Below are positions 29,050-38,700 of a stretch of DNA of 58,733 bases, piece by piece. The notes beneath the pieces are model-generated. The model searched no databases. It was not told the origin of the DNA and saw only the letters and a program-made list of their open reading frames with translations. The stretch is from positions 1 through 58,733 of the IMG/VR virus record IMGVR_UViG_3300028766_000008; one strand, written 5' to 3'. Source of the DNA: a virus. Taxonomy: Duplodnaviria > Caudoviricetes. Position numbers and translations under genes: made by a program. How positions within the stretch are numbered: the stretch's first letter is position 1; each line of letters starts with the position of its first letter.

Positions 29050-29239
29050 TTTCCACCTTTATGCCGCTTCCTTTAATGGCCATATTAATTGCTTTATCCC
29101 GAACCGCTATAAGCTTTTCTTTAATTGGCAAAAATCGTGGATCTTGATGCGAATGAACCATTTGCGCCGCAGCACCACTAGATTTTGTCAATCCGTCGAT
29201 AAAACGTTTTAAAATTTCAGTTTGTTTTTCTTCGGTCAT
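29033..29239 (-). CDS. Hypothetical protein, paralogue of 28735..29049
   Basis: Same shared motif. Confidence 0.6.
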   Translation of the reverse strand: MTEEKQTEILKRFIDGLTKSSGAAAQMVHSHQDPRFLPIKEKLIAVRDKAINMAIKGSGIKVENVSRH

Positions 29240-31120
29240 TTACCCACCATTCGCTCCGGTTCCTAATAACTGAGAAAGCGCATTAGCGCCGCCGCCTATA
29301 TCTGTACTTGCAAGAGTTTGTCCAGCTTGTGCGGCTATATTGGCTGTTTGCGCAACATGCTGCATTGCTTGCATCTTAGCCGTTGCCTGAGCAGCCTTAG
29401 CTTGCATATCGTTAATCTGTTTATATTGATCTGGCGAACGAATGATGCGCTGCTGGTTGCCAAGAAGGTCGTTCATAACACGAACATATTGTTCAGCATC
29501 AAGAATATTTTTAATTTCAGGATATATAGGATCCATATTGCCAATTAAAGCAGCCAAACGTTCCAATCCTCCTGTAGCAGCAGCTTTTTGAGACAACGCC
29601 AACATAGAAACAAAATTGACGCCCAAAGGCACACCCTTTAACGAAGGGGGCGGTGGATCTATAAAACCTTTGCGTTGCAAAATTCCGTAAATACGTTTCA
29701 GTTTTAACTTTAAAACCCCAAGCATATTTTCGATAACAGGCCCAAGTACAGTTAATTTTTCTTGAACTTTTTGTGCCACTTCGTATGCCGTCATACGATC
29801 AGAACCAGCACCTTGCTCTAGCATCAAAAACAAATCATTAAAAAAAGCTACTTTAATACGTTGCTCAATCGCCGCAATGTTTGCCGACATTGCCGCCACA
29901 TCAGGATTAACTTGATATATGGAACGCATACCCGTTCCTGCATCAAGTTTAGGCACATATGTAACATGGCCAGGCAATGCCGACGATGGTTGATTCTTCA
30001 TTGACATGTCCGCCAACAAAGGTGGACGAACCTGCTTTTCAATGGCTTCCGCTAATCTGCGTGTCATAACTTGGAGCTGAATAACATCAGGGAGAGCGTC
30101 CATACCGGGACTGCGCCCATAAGCATCGTTTGATTGTGTTGACCAACGAGCAACCGTAAACGGCTGGTCATGAAACCCACGAATTGATAAAGGTTCTTTG
30201 CTGCCAGAAGCCCACACCCAGTAAACTTCTCTCCACGCAAAATCGCCAGGTACTTTACCAATTTTTCCTTTTCCAACAGCAAAATTTGGTTCAATAGAAT
30301 GTGATATAGTGCGTTCCTGATCTAACGCAGAACCTTTTTGTGACCACATAGCTTTAATATCGTCAGGAGGAGTCTGACTGCCAAAAAAGTCTATGGTTTG
30401 TAAAATGGTTTGTAGAAATTGACGGTTAAATGTATCAACTCTATTTGATCCATCATTCCCTAAATAATGTTCGCCAATGCAAGGATTATAACAACGAATA
30501 ATGTCTCTTTGATCTTCATAAATAAGACATGGGGCTGTCCCAAAAACAACCACATCTTCTTTTTCCTGGGCTTCAGATTCATAAAAATTAGAAGCAGCCA
30601 ATATTTTATAAAAACGATCTTCAGTTTCGTCCATCCATTGACGGCCAGCGGTATCAAGATCTTTATGGGCAATCGCCGAAACCATTTTAAACCAAGGCCG
30701 CGATGGCGATACCAAGCCAGATACAAGGCCGCCAGAGCAAATACGTGCGGCATAAGTAGCTGTAGGATCAACAATTGATTTATTGATTTCTCTGCCACGA
30801 AGCATATTATTGGGGGTTGGCATACCGCCAGAAGATTGAGTCAACCAAATAGAACGACGAGGCAATTCAAACTCAGCTAAATCAGACCAGTTTTGCATCC
30901 ACCACGAATAACGCCATGCTCGTAATCCGTTTAATCGTTCAGTTAAATGCTTTTCAAGTTCTTGCCAATCTTTACCTATTGGCTTTTTGTTCATAGGTGG
31001 ATCGTTTGGCTGCAAACTTAATACGGTTGGGCTTTCTTGATCGTAAAAAGCACCCACAGAATTTTTCGGCATTGCCACAGGGTTTTGTTTGGTTATTTTA
31101 TTTAATAACTGTTTACCCAC
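29240..31120 (-). CDS. Portal (head-tail connector) protein
   Basis: SPSRPWF, YGRSPGMDALPD, MTAYEV...EKLTVLGPV motifs. Confidence 0.9.
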   Translation of the reverse strand: MGKQLLNKITKQNPVAMPKNSVGAFYDQESPTVLSLQPNDPPMNKKPIGKDWQELEKHLTERLNGLRAWRYSWWMQNWSDLAEFELPRRSIWLTQSSGGMPTPNNMLRGREINKSIVDPTATYAARICSGGLVSGLVSPSRPWFKMVSAIAHKDLDTAGRQWMDETEDRFYKILAASNFYESEAQEKEDVVVFGTAPCLIYEDQRDIIRCYNPCIGEHYLGNDGSNRVDTFNRQFLQTILQTIDFFGSQTPPDDIKAMWSQKGSALDQERTISHSIEPNFAVGKGKIGKVPGDFAWREVYWVWASGSKEPLSIRGFHDQPFTVARWSTQSNDAYGRSPGMDALPDVIQLQVMTRRLAEAIEKQVRPPLLADMSMKNQPSSALPGHVTYVPKLDAGTGMRSIYQVNPDVAAMSANIAAIEQRIKVAFFNDLFLMLEQGAGSDRMTAYEVAQKVQEKLTVLGPVIENMLGVLKLKLKRIYGILQRKGFIDPPPPSLKGVPLGVNFVSMLALSQKAAATGGLERLAALIGNMDPIYPEIKNILDAEQYVRVMNDLLGNQQRIIRSPDQYKQINDMQAKAAQATAKMQAMQHVAQTANIAAQAGQTLASTDIGGGANALSQLLGTGANGG

Positions 31121-31742
31121 GATGATCGCCCCTATTGATTGAACCGCTGCTTACGCCGTGGATAAGGTTGTGTTTTGCTAAATTTAATTTACCGACAATT
31201 TTTTTTTCTTTATCAGTATTTTGTTTAACAATATGCTTACGATTAGCCCTAACGGGGGCTCCGTCAGCTTTAATAATTGGTTTGTTAACAGGCGTAGAAT
31301 CAACCATTAACCGCCCCTACCCACGACACGTTGATTTAAATATTCATCAATAATGTCTTTAGCACGATCTCGGTCAAATTTTAAATAACTGCCATTGTCA
31401 TCAAATTCTATGGATGTGCATTCAGCAAGAGCATCAAGCATCAATGTTTCCAGCCCACCCGTAAATATATTCTGACTACGATTATCGCGATAAGCTGTCG
31501 TCATTTCTTTGCTCCCAATAAAAGTTTTAAGGCCATCTTAACTTTGTCTTTAAAAACATATTCTTTAGGATTGAGTAACTTTTTTCCGACAACCCAAAGG
31601 TGGTTCTGGATGGAAACTGAGACTTGGGCTTGGCTAAATCCCATGGCCTTTGCCTGTTGGTCAAAATTTTCAAACCATTGTTCTTTAAATGTGACCCCCA
31701 AACTTTCGGCATATTGTCGAGACCCTTCGTAGTTATAATTCA

Positions 31743-32030
31743 TTATTGCCCCAACAATTTCTGCTGAGCCGTGCTTTGTGGAACCGTAAGCCCCTGTTCC
31801 CCCAGAGGCCCTGCTGTTCCACTGGCCGCCGCCGCCCCACCAGCCGAAGCAGCGGACCGACTACGAGCTGTTGCGGTAGCCTCGGACGATTGATTAATTG
31901 TTTGAGCTGCAATAGGAGGTGAAGCAGCTGGAGGCGGCACAGGAATTGCAGGCGCGGATGGTGCGCCTCCACCCATATAACAAATCCACGGTTCGTAAAA
32001 AACATAACCATTGTTAGTGAACTTAATCAT
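31743..32030 (-). CDS. Small Pro/Ala-rich virion protein (T7 gp7.3-like position)
   Basis: MGGGAPSAP...KLLGQ; upstream of portal; true start uncertain. Confidence 0.55.
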   Translation of the reverse strand: MIKFTNNGYVFYEPWICYMGGGAPSAPAIPVPPPAASPPIAAQTINQSSEATATARSRSAASAGGAAAASGTAGPLGEQGLTVPQSTAQQKLLGQ

Positions 32031-32031
32031 C

Positions 32032-32484
32032 TTAACTCCTTTTGCTTAACTTCTTTTGCAACAAAACGTGACCTCTGCGATATTCATAATCCTTAAGATA
32101 TACCTCCCATGGAGCGGGGCATTCTACCTGTGAGATTGTGCATCCTATACTTTCGGCCCAATCCTCGACCTGCTTTGTGTATGGTATCCAGCCACCTATT
32201 GTCTCCATAAACTCTTGCCAACCCTCAACCCGAACCCCCGTCAAACAAATAAACCTTAGTTCTTTCGCGGCAGGATATTCAAGAATCTGCGTTATTATAA
32301 ACCCGTCCAGATCATCGTCCTCAAAAGCCAGCCATATCTGCATATGATTAGTTCTAATATATTCAATGACATCCTCGGCCCTTAACCTTCCCAAGCTATA
32401 CGAACACGCAACAACAAGCTTAGGATACACAACATCAAGATATGGTTGCAGGTCATCATACGGCGTTGGAACGAGCCGTTTCAT
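32032..32484 (-). CDS. GNAT-like hypothetical protein
   Basis: MQIWLAF...GFIITQI...VEDWAESIGC...W pattern. Confidence 0.45.
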   Translation of the reverse strand: MKRLVPTPYDDLQPYLDVVYPKLVVACSYSLGRLRAEDVIEYIRTNHMQIWLAFEDDDLDGFIITQILEYPAAKELRFICLTGVRVEGWQEFMETIGGWIPYTKQVEDWAESIGCTISQVECPAPWEVYLKDYEYRRGHVLLQKKLSKRS

Positions 32485-32663
32485 TTTCCCTTCTTATAAA
32501 ATTTTGATTTACGGGATTGGAATTTGGACTGCTTTTTGTCTGCATCAGTAAAATCTCTACCAACAGACTGCGGAATACCGGCGTATCCACCTTTTGTATG
32601 GGCGGCGATTTGCATTATCTTATGTTGTGCTTTTGACTGACTTGGCACGCCTTTTGAACCCAA
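32481..32663 (-). CDS. Small basic phage protein
   Basis: PSQSKAQHKIM..AAH...GIPQSVGRDF. Confidence 0.55.
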   Translation of the reverse strand: MGSKGVPSQSKAQHKIMQIAAHTKGGYAGIPQSVGRDFTDADKKQSKFQSRKSKFYKKGK

Positions 32664-32709
32664 AAAACGGTAATTTGGGTGTTATCTTAACACTAAATTT
32701 ATGTTAAGT

Positions 32710-33012
32710 CTAGGTTATCGTTCTTGCATAACCCGTTAAAGCTTGAATGAATTTCCATGCAGATGCTTTATCGAACTGCATCCAGGCGCATTCCTTTTCA
32801 AATTCAAGCGTAAGTTTGTTATCGGAAATACCAATCTTCATTGCCATTTGAGAAGGCATTTCGGTTGGCTTAACAATTGTACCATCGGGCTTTGGCTTAA
32901 AAACAACCCCCTGATCCGGCGCTGCTGGTTTTGCTGCAAACCCAGTTCCATTGCCATCAAGATTGTTTGGCAATCCCATTGCGCTACGAATTTTTTCAAA
33001 ATTGTCGGTCAT
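32710..33012 (-). CDS. Hypothetical protein
   Basis: SD ggag, collinear. Confidence 0.55.
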   Translation of the reverse strand: MTDNFEKIRSAMGLPNNLDGNGTGFAAKPAAPDQGVVFKPKPDGTIVKPTEMPSQMAMKIGISDNKLTLEFEKECAWMQFDKASAWKFIQALTGYARTIT

Positions 33013-33014
33013 GT

Positions 33015-33752
33015 TTACTCCGTTATTTCCAAATGTTCAGCATCAGGCACAAAATGCCACGGCAGTTTCAAGATATTTACAATCGGCTCAAAGCTAACGG
33101 GTTTGTAACGAGATATGACATACAAAGGTTTTTGTAGTTTCAAAACTTCGCACAGCAAAACCAGTGACGTATCTATTGTAATCACCCGTTCTGCTTTTTC
33201 AATAACGCCAATCCAATCAAACAAAGTAAAACCTGGAGTTTCACGCAAATACACCGTATTTAACTGCGTATTAATCTGCATTTCGCCTGTACTGCAATGA
33301 CCATTAACCAATGTGTAGGAACCTTCAATTTTTAGTTTTTCTTCCAGTTCTGCCTCTTTTTTAGGCAAACGGTTAATTTTGACATAATTTGCCCAATCCG
33401 ACCAATCCATCTTCAAAAACGAATATTTGGATGTCATCATGCTACCGTTCATTGCTTGATAGGCAGATCCAATGGGTAAAAACACAAATTTATCAGAATG
33501 ACGGACGGGCGATGTAAACGGTTTATTGGCCGTCTCATTATGCAATTTGGTAAATTCGTTAGAATACTCAAAGTCAGTTCCTAAAATTTGATACTCGACA
33601 TTAGGATGGGATTCAAAATAAGAAGCAATCCAATAATGGCGATCAAGTAATGGGAAAACAACTTTAAATCCCATGTCAGCATATCGCTTTACAATTTTTT
33701 GAATAAACATGACATCGCCAATGCCATGCGGTTGGTCAATCATAATCTTCAT
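33015..33752 (-). CDS. GT-B fold (GT9-like) glycosyltransferase
   Basis: HGIGD near N-terminus and AERVITIDTS near C-terminus; probable start MKIMIDQ. Confidence 0.65.
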   Translation of the reverse strand: MKIMIDQPHGIGDVMFIQKIVKRYADMGFKVVFPLLDRHYWIASYFESHPNVEYQILGTDFEYSNEFTKLHNETANKPFTSPVRHSDKFVFLPIGSAYQAMNGSMMTSKYSFLKMDWSDWANYVKINRLPKKEAELEEKLKIEGSYTLVNGHCSTGEMQINTQLNTVYLRETPGFTLFDWIGVIEKAERVITIDTSLVLLCEVLKLQKPLYVISRYKPVSFEPIVNILKLPWHFVPDAEHLEITE

Positions 33753-34834
33753 ATCAGAGATCCCAAATAGTCTTCCCATTCTTTTGCACGAGCATCCCAA
33801 TTACACGCACGCGCGTAGGCAACTTGACCTTCCCTGTCAAACCACGAAAGATTACTTATTGAATTAACAACATGCGCTGCAAATCTGCCAGCCACGATAG
33901 GCGTAATATCGGGTTGTAAATCCATCAACGCCCCAAACCCGGCACACGTTTCAGGCAACGCGCCCAGCTCGGTTGATATAATCCCGCAACCAGCCGCCAT
34001 AGCTTCCATAGCTGATATGCAAGACGTTTCTGGAAACGTAGAAGGATATGTCCAATAATCTATGCCAGCCAATTCATCAGCCAGCCGAACTTGCGATAAT
34101 GCGCCGACATACTCAACACCATCCAACTTACGAGCAGTTTCATACAATCCTTCATAAGGGTCAGTTTCTCCATAAATCGCCATGCTCGAAAATATCTTTA
34201 AACGGCATTCAGGTATATGTTTTCGTATCGTCGAAAACGCCAACAGCAACACATCCAACCCGCGATAGGGCGTTGATGTATAAGCAAGCGTAATGTTATC
34301 ATGTAAACGACGCTCAACATTTAAGAACGGTTCGCTTATCGCATTCCTGATAATTCTGGTTTTATCAAATATCCGAAACGACAATTCGTAACGCGACTTT
34401 TGCCATTCACTTACAAATACAAACCCAGAGTAAATGGATTTTTCCTCCGGCGTTGCCAAATTAAAACATGCCGGTTGATTGCTATCATGATGTGCCCACA
34501 AAACAATCGGCTTTGTGCAACCAACAGATTTCAATTTGCGACCCAACGGCACAGAAACGGGAATCAAAATATCATAATCATTGGGTTGAACTTTTTCGCT
34601 TTGCGAAATGAATTTAACGTTCTCAACTTCGCGTGGCTCCGCAACACCATTCACAACCGTAACGTCATGCCCACGTAATGCCAAAGCTTTCGACAATCCA
34701 GCCACAGCCGATTGCGTGCCTCCAAGGGGTTCGCTTAAACCCGTTAAACAATCATAGGCGCGTGGGGAAAGGTCAATAAAAAGAAGTTTCATGCCCGCTC
34801 CAGCGCATGATGGCGTGATTACAGATTTACTCAT
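33749..34834 (-). CDS. GT4-family glycosyltransferase
   Basis: LGGTQS, YTSTPYRGL, ETSCISAMEAMAAG...GALPE motifs. Confidence 0.9.
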   Translation of the reverse strand: MSKSVITPSCAGAGMKLLFIDLSPRAYDCLTGLSEPLGGTQSAVAGLSKALALRGHDVTVVNGVAEPREVENVKFISQSEKVQPNDYDILIPVSVPLGRKLKSVGCTKPIVLWAHHDSNQPACFNLATPEEKSIYSGFVFVSEWQKSRYELSFRIFDKTRIIRNAISEPFLNVERRLHDNITLAYTSTPYRGLDVLLLAFSTIRKHIPECRLKIFSSMAIYGETDPYEGLYETARKLDGVEYVGALSQVRLADELAGIDYWTYPSTFPETSCISAMEAMAAGCGIISTELGALPETCAGFGALMDLQPDITPIVAGRFAAHVVNSISNLSWFDREGQVAYARACNWDARAKEWEDYLGSLI

Positions 34835-34889
34835 CTCCGCCCCTCAATGACATTGCAGATAACCAAAGTTGCGAGTGCGAGGAGCCAGC

Positions 34890-35039
34890 TCATTTCTCAC
34901 CGCCCATTTTCACCAACAACTGTTCAATAATCGTGCTGATCTTTAATCCCGTTTTTTTGACACGATCCAATAATATTTTGTCAGCCATGCGCGACAAACT
35001 AATCGTTCGTCTTACTGTGTTTCCATTATCTATCGGCAT
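34890..35039 (-). CDS. Ribbon-helix-helix DNA-binding protein
   Basis: RRTISLS....L....KTGLKISTIIEQLL. Confidence 0.55.
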   Translation of the reverse strand: MPIDNGNTVRRTISLSRMADKILLDRVKKTGLKISTIIEQLLVKMGGEK

Positions 35040-35040
35040 G

Positions 35041-35334
35041 TCAGCGTTTCCTGCGTTTTTGTTTTTTCTTGGCAACAATTTTCTTTTTTTTCAATCCATC
35101 GTCAATCTTATTATCAAGAGCAATAATTTGTTTTTGATGATAATCGTACATTCTGTTAAGCGCATCTTCTAGGTCAACAAGCCTATTGTGCAGGTCTTTG
35201 TTATGCCTTCCTAGCGTTTGTATTTGCGCTTTAATATAATTTAATGTTGCAAAATCTTCTTGCAAAATAACAGTCCTGTCATCTTCGTGCAAGACCACGC
35301 CGCGCAAAATCCATTTTCTAAACCATTCAAACAT
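35041..35334 (-). CDS. Coiled-coil protein with basic tail
   Basis: SD gggag; KKKQKRRKR end. Confidence 0.5.
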   Translation of the reverse strand: MFEWFRKWILRGVVLHEDDRTVILQEDFATLNYIKAQIQTLGRHNKDLHNRLVDLEDALNRMYDYHQKQIIALDNKIDDGLKKKKIVAKKKQKRRKR

Positions 35335-35346
35335 ATTAAAAACTCC

Positions 35347-35628
35347 CTACCGACATGTATAACAATCCCCAAACTGCGACGTAAACCGTTCAGCAGGAGT
35401 TTGCGCGTTATATTGTTGCAATTCGCGTTGTTGATCTTGAATTTGCTGTTGATACTGCCGCTCTCGTGCATCTTCCTGCATTTGCTGATTACGCGCAGCA
35501 CCTTCGTCATACGAATTATTCGAATACGAATTGTCGTTATACGAATTATGCGACGAATACGAATCGTAACTGTCGTATTGAGCAAATGCTGGGGTCGAAA
35601 TAACCATAAACAATATTAGGTATTTCAT
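35347..35628 (-). CDS. Small exported protein with S/Y/N/D repeats
   Basis: MKYLILFMVISTPAFA signal peptide; SD ggag. Confidence 0.65.
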   Translation of the reverse strand: MKYLILFMVISTPAFAQYDSYDSYSSHNSYNDNSYSNNSYDEGAARNQQMQEDARERQYQQQIQDQQRELQQYNAQTPAERFTSQFGDCYTCR

Positions 35629-35918
35629 AGATAAACTCCGTAGTGTGAACTTTCATAATTTCAATCTATACCTCCTGTAAAAAATAGCAAGCATAAAAGT
35701 GTGAAAGTTGTTTTTTCGGTGCGATATAGGCGGGGGTATATACGCCTACGACTATGACTTTGGGGGGACTCCCCCGCCTACCCGTGCCCCTAAAACACTG
35801 TTTCGGCATTGTGGTCTGGGCAAGGGATTGAACTAAACTGCTATTGAATTGATATGCTTAGATAAATACAGTATGAATGTTATGACATACCCCCAGACAT
35901 ACCCCATATGTAATGACA

Positions 35919-37367
35919 CTAGAGACCGCGAGCGGCATCTGTCGTCAATGGATTGTAGTTATATTGATGATTGCCTTCATCATGCTTCATGCCACTATCG
36001 GCTTTTTTTGTATCTGGCCTTGAATAACGCAGCATCATAATTGCATAGCGACAAGCCGATATAACGTCATCGAACTCTTTGACCACTTTGCCATCCTTGC
36101 GATGATACATAAGCATTTCATCAAAGAACAATTGGCAGCTATCGAAAACTTTGAATGTGCCATTTTCCATGCGCGTCAGCATGTCCATAATTCCAGCCTC
36201 AACGCCGTTCGATCCATCGTCAAAGGTTGCGCGTTCAGGCAACATGGCTAGACCTTCGCGGCGATATTGATCAGCTAGGTTTTCGCCCGATCCTTTATCA
36301 TGTTGCAATCCGTCATGCGGCCACGACCACGGCAAATCTTTGCCCCATGATTTTAACGCGCTCGCATGAATGGCAGGAATAGCCTCAGAACGTTTATAAA
36401 CATTGATAAGGTAAATAATATCCATATCAGGATTGTAAGCTATCTTAGCTGCAGCTGTCGGATGATCCCAACCGAAATCGATGCCACCGATCTTGCGATA
36501 CCACTGTGGAACCTCAAAACGAGGAACTTTTATCAATTCCTCAGATACCGGAAATATGCGACCCGATCCAAGCATCGGTTTACCGTTAATGCGTGCCTCG
36601 CGTTCATGCGCGGGATAGCTTGCGATAATACGCAGTTTTTCATCTTCTGAAATATGCGTAACATCGGATATCGTCATATTGATATCAACGCGATCAGGCG
36701 AAGGTTCATTCAGGAATCTACGCACAACGGTGGACATCCCTAAAAGAGGGGTAAATGTCGTCCACAAAATACCGCCGGTCGCATTGGTACGTGTGAGGAT
36801 TTCCATATAAATATCATCGGGCGGTTCTTCGTCATTCCAAGCCCATTGCAACGTGTCGGCCTGGAACTTCTCGCGCCCCTGTTCATAGTATTTCAGCTTA
36901 ATACGTGAAACGCCACCCCTGACATGCTGAACAAGTATCGTATCCGCAAGCCCTGCCACACCGCGAGCGTTAATGACTTCCTTGATGTCCTTGTGCGGAA
37001 TAAACCCCGTTCCCTCTTTACCAACAGCGCCGATCAACAATCTTTGAATGGTGTCGCGTGTCACCTCGCCTGTAACGCCCGATGCCCAGCCATCATTAGC
37101 TTTGTCAAAACGTTTGCCATCCCACCAATCAGGATACCGCCCCGTTGCGTGCATAGCGGCCTCAGCGCCGCCAGCCAATGATTTTCCTAATTGGTTGCCT
37201 GCCCGAAACAATCTTTCACGTTTCGTCTTGCCCAGGCTGTGGAATTGTTTCTGTTTCGGGTAAGGTTGATACAATTCGAGCTTGCGCCTCAATAACTGTT
37301 CCTCGATCTTGGCCTGAAACATCAGCAATTCGGATTGAGAGAGCATCGCGGAGTCTGAGAATGTCAT
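35919..37367 (-). CDS. terL: Terminase large subunit (P22-like)
   Basis: Walker A AGNQLGKS, Walker B WNDEE, nuclease GIDFGWDHP and DDVISACRYA. Confidence 0.95.
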   Translation of the reverse strand: MTFSDSAMLSQSELLMFQAKIEEQLLRRKLELYQPYPKQKQFHSLGKTKRERLFRAGNQLGKSLAGGAEAAMHATGRYPDWWDGKRFDKANDGWASGVTGEVTRDTIQRLLIGAVGKEGTGFIPHKDIKEVINARGVAGLADTILVQHVRGGVSRIKLKYYEQGREKFQADTLQWAWNDEEPPDDIYMEILTRTNATGGILWTTFTPLLGMSTVVRRFLNEPSPDRVDINMTISDVTHISEDEKLRIIASYPAHEREARINGKPMLGSGRIFPVSEELIKVPRFEVPQWYRKIGGIDFGWDHPTAAAKIAYNPDMDIIYLINVYKRSEAIPAIHASALKSWGKDLPWSWPHDGLQHDKGSGENLADQYRREGLAMLPERATFDDGSNGVEAGIMDMLTRMENGTFKVFDSCQLFFDEMLMYHRKDGKVVKEFDDVISACRYAIMMLRYSRPDTKKADSGMKHDEGNHQYNYNPLTTDAARGL

Positions 37368-37650
37368 CGAGCGTTAACTCCTCAAATGGATCAAGTTTTT
37401 TAATATCGAGTTGTTGGATCGGTTTGCCTTCAACGCGGTTGATTATTTCTTGAATGGCGGCGGAGTTGCCTTCCATAGCCTGCTTGCAAAGTGTTTCCGC
37501 CAGCAAGGCCGCTTTATTGCCCAAGGAACGGTTATCTTTTGAAAGGTCATAATCCCTAGGCAAACTTAAAATAACGCTTAGAGCATCGGTTATAGGCTTA
37601 GCGGAACGTCTTCCGCCAGGATTTCCGGATTGTCCTGGCTGAAAAGGCAT
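37216..37650 (-). CDS. terS: Terminase small subunit
   Basis: PFQPGQSGNPGGR N-terminus, upstream of terL. Confidence 0.75.
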   Translation of the reverse strand: MPFQPGQSGNPGGRRSAKPITDALSVILSLPRDYDLSKDNRSLGNKAALLAETLCKQAMEGNSAAIQEIINRVEGKPIQQLDIKKLDPFEELTLDDILRLRDALSIRIADVSGQDRGTVIEAQARIVSTLPETETIPQPGQDET

Positions 37651-37812
37651 TCATTTCAATCCTTAAATAATTGAATATTAACTAATGTGCCTAAACTTTA
37701 ATCAAAAGTCAACCACGAATAAAACTGCCTAAATTTTAGGCACCAAATTTGACAACCACGCAAAAAGCCCAACAAAAGCGCCACCAACAGCATAACTACG
37801 GCAGAATTGGGT

Positions 37813-38022
37813 AAAAACTAGGATAAGGAATCAACGTTTGCAGGGGTTTTTCTTTTATTTAGTCAATATATATATATATTATAATATAAAAAGAAAAAGA
37901 GAAGGGGTGATAAGAAGCCACCGATATCTTCTGATGGTGGGCAAATGTTGACGCTATATCGTAAGTTTTCCTGTAACTCATTGATATTTATCTGATATAT
38001 GCATTTCCTTATCGTAGTTTTT
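37813..38022. repeat. 18-nt inverted repeat (1 mismatch) flanking AT-rich tract; origin/packaging candidate
   Basis: aaaaactaggataaggaa (37813-37830) vs ttccttatcgtagttttt (38005-38022); (AT)n run near 37866. Confidence 0.55.
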
Positions 38023-38107
38023 TACATACGTGACTACATTACACGACATCACAACATCACTATTGCACAATGTAGTTTATTGTGGTAATAATGCCTAAAT
38101 AACTGTA

Positions 38108-38344
38108 ATGAAAGGATTTTATATGGCTTTTGAGATAGACTGGTCAAAAGTACCACCGCCGCCGCCTATCAGGCATTGGCCTTTTAAAAACTGGCAAATC
38201 GGTCAAACGGAATTCTTTCCAGAAGACGGGAGGAACACCACCGGCGCGGCTCAGTGTTGGGCATCAAGAACAAAAAAGAAATTCAGAACCAAAAAGACAA
38301 TGGAGAACGGTGTAATGGGAACGAGAGTGTGGCGGGTAGAATGA
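38108..38344 (+). CDS. Small putative DNA-binding protein
   Basis: WPFKNWQIGQTEFF...RVWRVE; paralogue of next gene. Confidence 0.6.
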   Translation: MKGFYMAFEIDWSKVPPPPPIRHWPFKNWQIGQTEFFPEDGRNTTGAAQCWASRTKKKFRTKKTMENGVMGTRVWRVE

Positions 38345-38562
38345 ACAAGCCAGAAAGATCAAACCGAAGCAGGAAATACCATTTTGGGCAGTGGGAACTA
38401 GGACACGCTCAATTTATTGCCTTTCGTGTGGGTTCAAAGGAGTATTTCAATAAAATGCGATGCACGCTTAGAAATTGGAACTATCGGACAGACAAGCGTT
38501 TTAAAACAAAAACTGTAATGGAAAACGGCATAATGGGCTTGCTGATAAAGCGTACTAAGTAA
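38341..38562 (+). CDS. Tandem paralogue of 38108..38344
   Basis: KRFKTKTVMENGIMG vs KKFRTKKTMENGVMG; ATGA overlap. Confidence 0.6.
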   Translation: MNKPERSNRSRKYHFGQWELGHAQFIAFRVGSKEYFNKMRCTLRNWNYRTDKRFKTKTVMENGIMGLLIKRTK

Positions 38563-38700
38563 TTTTATTGCTTTCTTCTAACGTGTTGTAATTATTGAAT
38601 ACTAACATGGCGATTATGCTTTACAGACGGTAAATTGTGGGATAAGATGCAGTCATAAGCGAGACCGCGCCTCGGGAAATCAGGGGCTGGAGTAGATACC

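Noticed and set aside
1066-37650. Alternative genetic code / stop-codon reassignment
   Set aside because: Conserved genes are full length under the standard bacterial code and all three stops are used
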